This document shows positions 29,889 to 41,468 of a stretch of 64,000 bases of DNA, piece by piece. Location: assembly GCA_000320545.1 (NCBI GenBank), contig ADNK01001812.1, positions 1 through 64,000 on the forward strand, given 5' to 3'. The first letter of the stretch is position 1. Every line of letters starts with the position of its first letter. The DNA is from Bigelowiella natans CCMP2755 (lineage: Eukaryota > Protista > Cercozoa). The translations under genes were made by a program, and so were the position numbers. Under the pieces are notes generated by a model. It saw only the letters and a program-made list of their open reading frames with translations. It was not told the origin of the DNA and did no database searches.

Positions 29889-32153
29889 ATACATGTGTGT
29901 GTGTGTGTGTGTGTGTGTATACATGTATATTTATGTGTTTGTGTGTGTTTGTATTGTATTTTTTCCTAATTCTTACAACCTTTGAATATAAACCCATTTT
30001 TTAACACGGAAGGGTAGCCTACCACCAACTTCTCCAGATTCGCAATCTTCGGGGCCCTTCTGCTACTGTTTTTCGCGTCATACCTGCAAGCGTCGCAGTT
30101 CAAAAATTAGGAAGTTTTTTGTATGCGTTTTCAATTCGGGGGGCCTACCAACTTCCAAAGATGTTCTCCCAAAGAATGATTTCCGCGTTCTTCTCGTCGA
30201 CTAGCTCGAAGTGCCTTTCACAATTACAGCGGCATTGCAATTTGGGCGTTATTTCCACCAATCGAAGAAGGTGAAACTGGGATGCTATGCATGATTAGGT
30301 GGCGGAATCTTCGCGTGTAATAGGAGTAGTGTTACCGAAGCTGGGTTGTGTGTCTCTTCAGCGAACAGTGGAGCTTTCGATGACCGAAAACGGCGATGTA
30401 ATCCGGGTCTCGATGAACTTCGTCCGAAATTGGATTGATCACAGCGCTGTTCAGCACCACGTGTGAGACGAGGCATATTTAATTTAAAAGATACAATTAT
30501 TAAACACAGCTGATGACGAATGCCACCGTGCGCGGGGAATGGCGGGAGGGGGGGATTGGGGGGGGGGGGGGGGGGGGGGGGGGAAGGAGGGATGTCGCTT
30601 TGGCATGAAGACAGCCCCCGCTTTAACTGACGCAATTGGGAAATGCACGACTGTAGGGTATAGCGATACACCTGTTCAGCTGGAGTGTGCATGTATTGAG
30701 ATCGAAGGCGACATTTCCGTCAGCTCCAAGCACGCCGTTGGTGGCCGTGTTTCGCCATCGACGAAAAGATTTTCCGGAACCTCTTACAATGACCTGTACC
30801 ACTTTGTCCATCACTTCTTGCAGCTCGCCGTTGCTTCGAAGCCTGTGTTGATGATTTTTTACAATTCATACGCAGAAGGAATCAGGGGGGGGGTTGTCGC
30901 ATCGGGTATACGAGTCGAGTGGGCAACATGCCATAAGCGTTCAGCATAAAGTCGCATGTACAATGATTGCGGCACCCCAAAATCTTCCCAGTTTCCCCAC
31001 CCGACCCGACAGGTGACGTTTCACGCCATCACCAAAAATCTTCGCGACATACTGTTTTCCTAGAGATCGATCATTAGAAGATTTAGCCTGTCTCACCAGC
31101 GGCTGGCCTTCCTTCTAAAGCCTTGCAGCGCAGAGAAAACTTCGTGCTCGGGTATTTTCAGGGCGTGCGTTTTCACGTACACACGCGAGCTGCCTCTGGT
31201 TGCGTTGGAATCGCGCTTGCCTTGTAGATCGCCTTCGCCCCCGAACGAATAGTAGCTCATCAGAAACCCGAAGTGGCCTAGGAAGGCTCCTGTGTGGTCA
31301 GGATTCATAGCGCTGTAGGGGCGAGCTCGAAGAAGTACGCAAATGTGTGCCGAGAGAACCGAATGAGATGCTAAGTCGTCATCGGCGTTGCACTGCGACA
31401 CCCACGCCTCCAGCACTCCCAGCATAGTCGTTTTCCGCTTCTTAAGCGGCGCGCCGCGTCGGTAGAACAGGACCTCTTCCAGCTCTCGAGTCTCCTGCTG
31501 CACAGCCCCCGCCGACCTGGGGTGAAAGTCCACCACGCTCTCGACAAAGGTGAGAATGCGGCCCGAGAGGCGCGCCAGGAGAAGGACGATGTCGCGTGAC
31601 GAGGAGTTGTAGCGCCGCAGATCCATCTCACGCAGTGTGTTCTTGACCATTTTTTTCAGAGGCCCGATAACCGTGGCTGGGGAGTTTATCAACTCGGTGT
31701 AGATGTACCTTTGTAGCGTGAAATACAAGAGGAGTGCAGACGGAGAAGCGAGACGCAACACAACATTAGGCACTAGTGGCGCCAACAGATGCTAGACGAT
31801 CTTCAAAACGCAGGGATAAACATACCAACAAGACATCAAGATTGCGAGCGAAAAGACGAACAAATAAACACGGGTATGTACCCAAATTGCGTCCCAATTT
31901 CTCTCTGGACAGGAACTTCGCCATGGAGCAAAAGTGCCTTACTGTCGGCAGCGGACATGTAGCTTCCAATCTCAAAGAGAGACCCGCTGAACACGGCGTC
32001 GAGTTCAGGGTTGATAAGAGAAAGGTATCTTTGGCGCGCAAGGAAGAAGTCCATCACGAGCGGAATGCGAAGATAGCTGGGCAAATAAACTCAATTTCAG
32101 TGCGGCATCCAGCTGCTACAAATGTTGCTTCTTTCTCCCACTATTGATCTCTC

Positions 32154-32193
<40 letters not shown>

Positions 32194-32405
32194 TCTCTCT
32201 CTCTATGTCTATCAATCTCCCTCTATTTATCTCGGCACGGGCTTGTTCGCCACCGTTGCGTTTGCATAAGTTTGTGTTTTAGTTATTGTTTATGCTTACG
32301 GGACGGTGAGGAAAGTCAGGAGTGCTTCGGAGTCCTGGAGAATGGGATGGAACATGTAAATACATGGGAGAAATGCATGGGATATGTAAATTTCACACAC
32401 ATACG

Positions 32406-32453
<48 letters not shown>

Positions 32454-32779
32454 TAAATACATATATGAGAGAAAGAAAGATATATTTCGTGTGTGCGCGC
32501 GCGTGTGTGTGTGTGAAAGAGGGTGTACACTTATGGCGGGATCAATACGATTTGCTCTCACTCGCCATTGCAGTTGATTCAATACCTGGTCGCTAAGAGT
32601 GTTATCGAAGCTGGGCATTCGACGATGGTGGATAACGTCATCTTCTGTTACTCTAGAACTACCAGGTGACAGGGGGGGGTAAAGAAGGGGGGGCACATCG
32701 ATTGCCACAAACACAACGAAAATCATCAATTATGCCCGCGCACCCAAAAAGAGAATAGAATGAAGCCGATAGAGATTCG

Positions 32780-32852
<73 letters not shown>

Positions 32853-33377
32853 TGTGTGTGTGTCTATGCGTGTGTGTGAAATATGTTCTAGGTAAGAATG
32901 TCGATCTCCAACAAAAGCACATTGCACACCTGTTTCCGGTGGCTTGGATTTGAAACCTCCTATTCTTCAGATCTATATCGCTGAATAGCCCAAGATTCTC
33001 GCATTGACTAAGCGGTAGCAGATAATAGTGTTTTGAGTTTGCAGTCTCTCAGAGACTTCTCAGAGACTTGAGTAGCAAAGGAGATCGGTGCTTTGAGGTT
33101 AAGGTATCGTTAATCTAACCTTGGCTTGGCAGGATTGTGCCAGAAGAAGAAAGTCCAGAACGTGACTTTTATCTTTAATCTTTGACAGTCGGGTTCTCCG
33201 ATTTTGAAGTTCAGATTCACCTCCGACAGTTTCCTGGAATATATATATATATATATATATATATGGATAATAAAAATATTATATATTTACATTGTGCGTG
33301 TGTGTGTGTGTGTGTGAATGAATGCGTTGTCTTAACGTAACACGATTCATTCGATGCAAATTTAGGATGATCCAAAT

Positions 33378-33436
<59 letters not shown>

Positions 33437-35751
33437 TAACACAACATGAATCACTACATACATTTAAACACTAGAAGGGGATACTAGAAATGAGGTCAAA
33501 CCAATGGGAAAACGCACCATCGCTTGAGTTTGCATTGATGGCTCTTACCGCGCTGTGTTATCATAAATAGTATTGCAAGATCTCGTAGCCCACGAAAGGC
33601 CTCTGACTTCTGTACGACAACTCCGGAGCCCGTGCCGAAACAGTTTTTAGCGTAATTCTCCACATCTGAGAGTTTGCCGTCGTCGTCGATGTTCATTCGC
33701 CTCATCATGTTGCGTGTAAACTGGAACGTGGAGCAGTGCTTTGCGAACATTTGGGCTGAAGGGTAGTCGAATAGGAACCCGCTATCGCGTTTCAACCGCT
33801 TACTTTCTCGGTGCCAATGCACGTATCTGACCGGGTAGAATTAAGGGAAAGAGCCAGCTCAGATTGGGAGAGAAAAGTCAAAGATTTTTTTTTTTGTTTA
33901 AGACAAAACGAATGAGAGCATTACTAGCTGCCAGGCATCGTCAGCACGATAACCGTCGCGGCAAAGGAGGGTGGGGGGGAGGAAGCTAAGTCGGAAGGCT
34001 GCATTGCAATGAGGAGGCGAAATCATTTACTCGCAAAGTTTGGCACGGGCCCTTGCCACGCTCGGCTCTGTGATAACGAATCGCATGTCATCAATCCAAA
34101 GGCCTTTACTCCGATCTCCTTCACAAGTAGCAAAGCTAAGGGCGAACCCGTCGATCTCTTGGCTGATGTTTTCGAAAGGCACACGGAGAGAAATAGAGAA
34201 AAACTAATCAATCTCATGCCCGGCGTCGGAATGATAAGGCGGTCAAGTTCTAAGAACTAGAGCCTTCGCTAAAAAACGAGTAAGTGTGACATTGTTTATA
34301 GAAAAGAAATGTGTGTAGCTGTGCGTGCTTGCACACATGCGGTTATGAAGTATTAGTTATAGATATAAGCGGCAGCACACTAGCTAGCATACCTAATAGG
34401 AAGCGGTGCGTCACTGGCCTTTATACGACAGAGGAGATCATATATTGCCAGTATAAGACCCGTCACGATGCACACCTCTGCTTCGCTTTCGTAACAAGGC
34501 TAAGTGTGGCGATCGCCAAACACAATAAACGATGAGCTACAAAAGAGGAGAAGGAACTTGCGTGTTGATAGGAAGACGAAAGGGGTTAAACTGCAATGCT
34601 GTGATAGAGAATACCCAATGTAGGAAGATCGACGGCATTAGGCGTTATACTCTTGGAATATTAATATTACTTTCGCGATACTATATTCGCATCATGGTTG
34701 TCACAATCAGGCTGGCGATACAATCATTTTAAGTTGCTCTTACTCGTTATATTCTAGAGGCATTGGCACCTGTGTGGAGTAGAAGAACGAAAGATAATAC
34801 TTTCCAACCGTCCGCAGCAGTAAGAGTATTGCCTTCTGCTGTGAAGCGGTCAGCTTTAGCCTACACCAGAACTGCGATTTGTTTGTGATTGGCTCGGCGG
34901 CTGGTAGCGCCTCGGTAAACAGAGACCGTATTGCCGCGATTGCCTACGATAAAGAGGCGACACGAATAGAGGATGAACAACAACAATCAGACGCTTAGAT
35001 GATTCGCGATGTGTCTTCAGAATTCTCGGGTCCAAAAAACCTGTAGCAGATCAGCCAGGGAGTTCATCTCCATCTTGCACATGCTCTCGCACTTTTTCAA
35101 CTGATCGATGACGTCCTGGGCGGTGCTAACCCCGTTCCCAATCTCCAGAAACGGCCTGGAAATCACAGACGCTGCCGAGCGGGCAGGGCCTGGGCAGATG
35201 TCGCGCAGCTGGTCGCGTTTTGCTTTACTCAGCACCGCGAAGTCGTCAAACCCAGGGAACGGAGACCATTTCCCTCGCATCTGCATATCGAGTATCTTTG
35301 GGGGCTCTAAGGTACCGTGTCCGCGAACTGGGAGGGCGGCGGTCTATATAAGGCAGATAGTCAATTGCTCAAGCAATTGCTAACGTACGAAAGGCAACAT
35401 GCGCGTGTAAGTGTCAGAGTTTTCTCCTAGGATCTTTGATTCGGGGAACATCTCTTGGGAATTTCCATACCCGCGATTTGATATTGGAGACGATGCTGAG
35501 AATTTCCTCCAGCTGTTTCCCCTAAATATGCGCGACAAGCGAAAAGTGCATTTTTACCAATGCTGTGGACGACTAGGTTTGTCCATTCAATTCCTAAAGG
35601 AAATGAAAGTAAACAGGACCGTCTGGCGACTCTTATCAGCTTCCTTCAGAGCAGCATAGGCCACTTGGTGACAACCGATATCGATAACAAATCTGAGGAT
35701 AGAATGTAATATCAAATTCGTATATTAATAAGTTCTTCCTCTTCTCTCTCA

Positions 35752-35782
<31 letters not shown>

Positions 35783-36639
35783 GCGCGCGCGCTAAATGCT
35801 CAGTTCTCTTTCGTTTCTAATATATCTGCAATATATCGCTCAAATTGACGGAAAAAGCTCCCGAGATAATGTTAAGACTTAGTACGATCATTTGGTAAGA
35901 AGGGGGCGCACTTTTCTGAAAAGCTGAGCGTTGAGGAGAACTGCAAATCCGAAAGAGTCAGCAGCAAAAACCTAAAGGCAATGGCCATGTTTAATGCACT
36001 TCGTTGAAACCGAGCAGCTCTCACCACATGCACTTACAACAGTGAAATCTGCAGCAACTTACTCTTTTCTGATAGCAAAGTTGGTTTGCTTCGCCTTGTC
36101 AAAAGAAAACCCGTGCCTCCGCATCAGGTAGTGAAAAGCGGCGAGAATCGACTTGAAATAGCATGTTCCCGCACGCTGAGGCGTTCGCCAATCGGAGTAT
36201 TTGTCTTTGACTGCCGATTTATCGACGATGTCTATTTGCGAATTATCATTTTATCACAATATAGATCGCAGAGGGCACGAGGGGGTTTATGATAAGGCCA
36301 TTGGTTTGACGAAAATATAAATAGAAACTACGCTCGCTTCATCACGTTATATGCGTTCTAGAGGGGAAGCGAAAAGTATTTGGTTGTATGTGCATTCGTC
36401 CTCTAGTCTGAGCAAGAAACCCGTTTCTTATTCAGCAGAGCTGCATGTCAACCTGTTTTTCCATCGTCCCCGAGAAGGAATGGGAGGATTATATCGTAGA
36501 ATATCGGGCACTGATGAGCTTCGTGGCGTTGCTTTGATATCTTTGTCCACATCCAAAGGCCAGCAGGATGTAATATACGGCTTGCAGCAAGACCACCCAA
36601 TCGCATGCACGTTCGTTGTTTTTGCTGTGACAGAAGGTG

Positions 36640-36688
<49 letters not shown>

Positions 36689-36942
36689 CAACTAATAAAT
36701 AGTTATTTATTTATCTATTTATATATTTACTGCCATATCCGTGTTTTGTTCTGCTCGAGTTTTTGCATATTGGACTAGGTATTTGAACGCTACGATGCGG
36801 TAACCTTCGGGGTAAAAGCTCCCGTCGCCGGATGGTATTTAAGGCCTTCCCCGGTATTGCAAATGATCAAATCGAAGGTTCCTCTGTCAGAATAGAAAAT
36901 AGATAAAAATATGCTTGCATTTAGAAACACATATTATAAATA

Positions 36943-36996
<54 letters not shown>

Positions 36997-37898
36997 ATTC
37001 GTCCATTGGTTTGCATGAATAAGTTGATTTGGCATTTAAGATGTAACACCTATTGCCACTCCCTGAAGCGCGCTCGAATATGCACATTATAGCATGTCCG
37101 CCCCCTGCGTTTATCCATCCGGTTGGGAGGAGGAACATTTCTCCGATCCGAAGATTCATCAATCGTTTTTGCATATGAGCGACGAACTCGTTATGCTGAC
37201 TACTGCTCCCCGCCCCTTTGGCAGAAAGCGAAACGGAATCTGAAAGGGGGATATGTGTGTGTGTGTGTGAGTGTGTGTGTGTGTGTGTGTCTGTGTGTAT
37301 ATACATATATCAAACACTGTCAATTCCCAAACTCCTCCCCATTCTTCTTCACTCCGTATAACAGCCTCCCCCGTTAGGCATGCAAGTTAATACCTTTGAT
37401 AAGTCCCAACACGGTCCTCAACTTGACCACATCCCCGACCCCGTACGACGTCAACCAGCTCGTATGATTCTCAATAAGGCGCTCCAAAGCGAAAGCAAAT
37501 ATCTTGATCGAAGGAGTCACAGGTCCCCCATTGAGCTCCGTGCACATAATGAAGGGATCGCAAAACTCTCCCACATAGGCCTGTGTATTCCAGATTCCGC
37601 TAGGGGGCTTGGGATTTCCACAGCAGTCACGAAGTCCTCCTCCTCCAAATATAGCTGTGACGGCGAACTGCGTGAGCCGGTCAGGAGGAGTCGAGAATGT
37701 GTTACTGAGGACAGTTTTGGTGGGGCTCGATGGGAGAGCCTTTCCGGGACGAGCCGTGGAACGTTGAGAGCTCTTTGATTCCTGGAGAATAGGGATAGAA
37801 ACTTTGAGATCCTTACGCTCAAATTCACACAAAACAACACATACACACATCCAACTTCTATTTAAAGACAAGTATATCGTTTTATTCTCTCCCCTCTC

Positions 37899-37944
<46 letters not shown>

Positions 37945-38425
37945 AATACATGACTTCTGATCGGTTTCATGAGTCTATACAAGGCCACAACGGTGCACAC
38001 CTTTTTAATATTCCCGGCATTATTGTTTTGGGGCCGTGCATTTCCACCATCGTTATTGGGTCGTGCGTTTCCACAAACCGAGCAGGTTGTCGCTCGCATG
38101 TTTGTGTTATGAAATGTGCACATACTGCAAACCCAGTGCTTGGGGGTGCTTATTTTGGAATTTGTTATATTTGTTTCTTTCTTTTTCGATTTGGCTTTTG
38201 TTTCTGGTTTCTTTGCCGGCTTGGACGAGGGTTTCTTGGCCTCTTTTTTGCTTCCGGACTGAATTCACAGACAGGCTATATAAGCGGCGAATAATGTGAT
38301 TTTGAAAATCATGGTTGTGGAGGGTCGGATACCTTCGCCCTTGGAGTGGCACATACTTTGCATTTTGTATCCGAATCTTTGTAAACATGGGGCAATAAGG
38401 ATTATGCAAATATGAGGCAATAAGG

Positions 38426-38462
<37 letters not shown>

Positions 38463-39001
38463 TTTAAAAAACTTTGTCTTGCCAATGCACAAAAGGGTTT
38501 GTAAAACTGGACGCCTGTAAGTGATGGAGAGAAAGAGGGAATGCAATAACCAAAGATTACAATTTTGATTTACTTTTGTTTATAAATGTGCAAGCTCCGC
38601 AGTTCCAGGTGGTCGATGCCTTCTTTTCAGTGGCATGGGGCTTCATTTTGTAGAGATGTAGAGTAGGTGTTCGGGACACATAAGATAATTTTATTTTACA
38701 ATGAGTAATAACGAGAGGAGGTAGTGTTTGCATCGAAAATTTTACAAGGAAGGTCAGTGCAATCTATACAAACCTTAGGTCCGGCACATAACTCGCACTT
38801 CAGGTTGTAGTGCTTGTTGATGAACGTACATCGTTTGCATGTCCTACATAGCAGAAATTCCGAACGTGTTTAGTTAACACTGCAGGAGATGTTATATGTA
38901 CTTATAACAACAGTTTGGACTTTGGATTGATGTTCAATACTCCAATATCGACACTGCCCCTCCCCCCCCAAACTCGCTGCTAGTGAAGCGCACCATCCCA
39001 T
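11354..39001 (-). CDS. Giant multi-exon DUF3638/DUF3645 protein with N-terminal RanBP2/NZF zinc fingers, a putative thiol-protease domain and C-terminal EF-hands
   Basis: NZFs: WTCKRCTFINKHYNLKCELC, WNCGACTFINKNSDTKCKVC, WVCSMCTFHNTNMRATTCSVC. Walker A QMVMGSGKTSVV (~22515-22535) and Walker B LIMDEVDLLLHPLRSELNFP (~21480-21650). DUF3645-type AIPFVGKDVPSAGSEFAHPDVLIGLTILAYRY (~20217-20310), then FSGT and ALIDTGAL motifs. EF loops: DQDDSNRISFRE, DIDRSGDICRNE, DTSGNGVVE, DTDNDGQLDYLE. An upstream in-phase exon could move the start to 39198. Not every exon was traced. Confidence 0.85.
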
Positions 39002-39292
39002 GATGTCGGATTTATTCGAGGATACTCCACTAACACTGGAACAAATTGGTTGTTCCTTTGCGACAACAACTAGTTGTTGTCGCATGTAAAAAACATATAA
39101 TATTACTGGTTTCAGCTGTGCAAACTGAACTGTAGATTTTTGTACCGCAGTTAAGCACCCCTTCGTACGTGTAGTTACCGGTGAAGTTTCGCATCCATGT
39201 CTGAGTCAAGTGTCATGTGCCTGTCGCATTCGTCTTTTCCACTAGTTCTGCAGTGCGGACATAACAATCCCGGATGGCAACGCTAGAATTGG

Positions 39293-39332
39293 TTTGTTCG
39301 AAGTTCGAAACTTCTCACGTGTCTCAAGATGT
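39293..39332. promoter_or_regulatory. Candidate upstream element (copy 1), similar to 47896-47942
   Basis: ttcgaagttcgaaacttctcacgtgtctcaagatgt matches ttcgaaattcgaaactcctcatgtgtctggagatgt at 31/36; both lie upstream of gene starts. Confidence 0.4.
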
Positions 39333-39477
39333 CAGGAGTCAACGGACGGTCTGTCACGCATGCGACTGTGTGCAGAAAATCACCTTCTCGAACAATTTTC
39401 CCCTCATTTCATCACCGGCGAAAACCTAAATCCGGAAATCTTCCCCCCAAAAAAAAAAAAACATGCGTTGAACGCGT

Positions 39478-40891
39478 TCCCATGTGGTTCTGGCGCGTGT
39501 GGATTTGATTCATGCTTTGTCATTGTTCCTTTGCTAGCTTTGGTCCATTTGAGTCCTCAGGAAGCTTTTTGGAAATTTTCATTTTTTTTTGCCCCCCAAC
39601 CCTGGCAGTTGTGAAAAAACTCGAGTGACCCTCTCGAGTTGCACCCTGTTGGCGCGCGATGCGGTGATGGGCGGGGGGGTTTTGAGTCACGAGGGTGGCT
39701 TTTCCTCCTGTCCCTGAACCACATTCCAGTTCACCGGTGGGATGGACAGACGTGTCGCCCCAGCCACCGGTGACTTGGTTGCCAAACGACGGATGTTTGG
39801 ATTTGTGTTGCAGGTTCTTCCCGGATGAAGACTTTGCTCGACCACGTGTCTGACTTGAACAGATTCATCCTGAGCAGTTTTCACTTCCGAACAAACTTTG
39901 CGCACTTCCTGTTGTTCACAGTGTTTCGGTCACAAACTCAAAAATGACAACCGCCGATCGCACAAAGTCCAAAGGAAAGGCGTGGACTGAAAACCACACT
40001 CTGTCGTCTGGTCCGAGCTTTGGGGAGAGCCCAGATCAAACCAAAACCAAGTTGAATCAAGTTCGAAATGTGACATGCACCTGAAGATTCTTGTTGGATG
40101 AAGCCTTCAATCAATCGATTGAATTGCTGACTCGAATGGATTCGTCCCAAACCAGTTTTCAATCCCGAAAAATTTTCCGCATTTCCTTTCGGCCACAGGA
40201 AATGCGTGGACTGAAAACTCCACTCTGTCTGATCTGAGCTTTGGTGAGGGCTCAGATCAAACCAAAACCAAACTGAATCAAGTTCGCAATGGTTTTTTTT
40301 GCATCGCCAACGACTTCGAGGTTGTTGATCAGATTCAACCACATCCAATCCAAATCGTCTCCTTGCAGCTTTCCCCACGATGTCCAAAATGAAATGCGGA
40401 GGTGTGGACCGCACGTGACAATGAAGACTCAATCAGAATGATCAACTTGCTTCTCGAACAGGTTCCCAAGTGGATGCACCGGACGTGTTGCACATCTCCT
40501 CTTGCCCATGGCATCCCGGTGGAAAAACTGACCTTCACCCGTTTGCAAAGTCGGAAGGAAAAGCAACATCTGACATGAAAAAATCGATGCATTGCAACAA
40601 TGTGCGCTTTGGGGAAAGCCACATGAAACAGCAACTTCAAGAATCAAGTTCGAGGCAGCTGTCTAGCTGTTCTTGCTGATTGACTCCACTCCAACGGACC
40701 AATTGACGGCTGCAAAATTTGCAGGCCTGGTTGTGGCAATTGCAACGTGTTTCCACGATCTAGTTGCAATTGAAGCCATCAATCAACAACAGGGTGCTGA
40801 CAAGTCAATGGTCCTTGCAACGAGTGTTGTTGAGGCTCTGCTGCGTGCAAACGCCTGTCTCCCATGTGGTTCTGGCGCATGCAGATTTGAT
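39478..40891. mobile_element. Possible degenerate element or relic bounded by 32-bp direct repeats
   Basis: 39478-39509 and 40860-40891 are 29/32 identical. Internal ~90-bp direct repeat, A13 at 39449-39461, and broken protein-like frames at ~40450-40860. No transposase or RT motif recognised. Confidence 0.3.
39980..40291 (+). repeat. Imperfect ~90-bp direct repeat (39980-40070 and 40204-40291)
   Basis: gcgtggactgaaaac..cactctgtc...gagctttgg...cagatcaaaccaaaaccaa..tgaatcaagttcg.aatg occurs twice; most differences are transitions. Confidence 0.9.
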
Positions 40892-41468
40892 CAACGCTCA
40901 TTTTGTTCATTGTTCATTGTTCATTGTGCATTCATGTGGGCGTTGCGCTGAACGCTGCTGACGTGCACCCACACCTGTGCAAGACTTGCTAGCTTGCAAT
41001 GGGCACGTCCAGACGTGTGCGGATCGAAACCGAGCCAGCGAGTGTGCACGCAGCACGTGAGGTGAAAAGGTTGAGATCAGGAACACACACACAAAAGAGA
41101 CGGTGTTGCACGTGTTTGTGTGCACATCTTTGAAGTGTGTGCATTGTTTGTCCCCATGTCTAGCTGATGCTGCGCAAGCATGCTGCACGCAATTGACAGA
41201 CATTGGATGCATCGAAAAGTGCAGCATGCCGATTGATCATGCTCTCAGCTCTGATTGGCTGTGTTTGAGCTGTGCCAACCATCACAGTCGAGACATTTTT
41301 CACTTGCAATGATTGTGTTGCGAGCTCTTTGAACTGTGACCATTGTCGTGACACTTCAGACTTGCACATGCTGTGAAACAATTGTGATGTGGCCACATGT
41401 GCAAATCATCGCAATCAGCACAAAACGAGAGCGATGCGCCGAAATGTTCATTGGTGCTTGACACACTC

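Noticed and set aside
39478-39540. tcccatgtggttctggcg resembling a tRNA-Glu 5' end
   Set aside because: No anticodon arm, T-loop or acceptor-stem complement follows in either copy.
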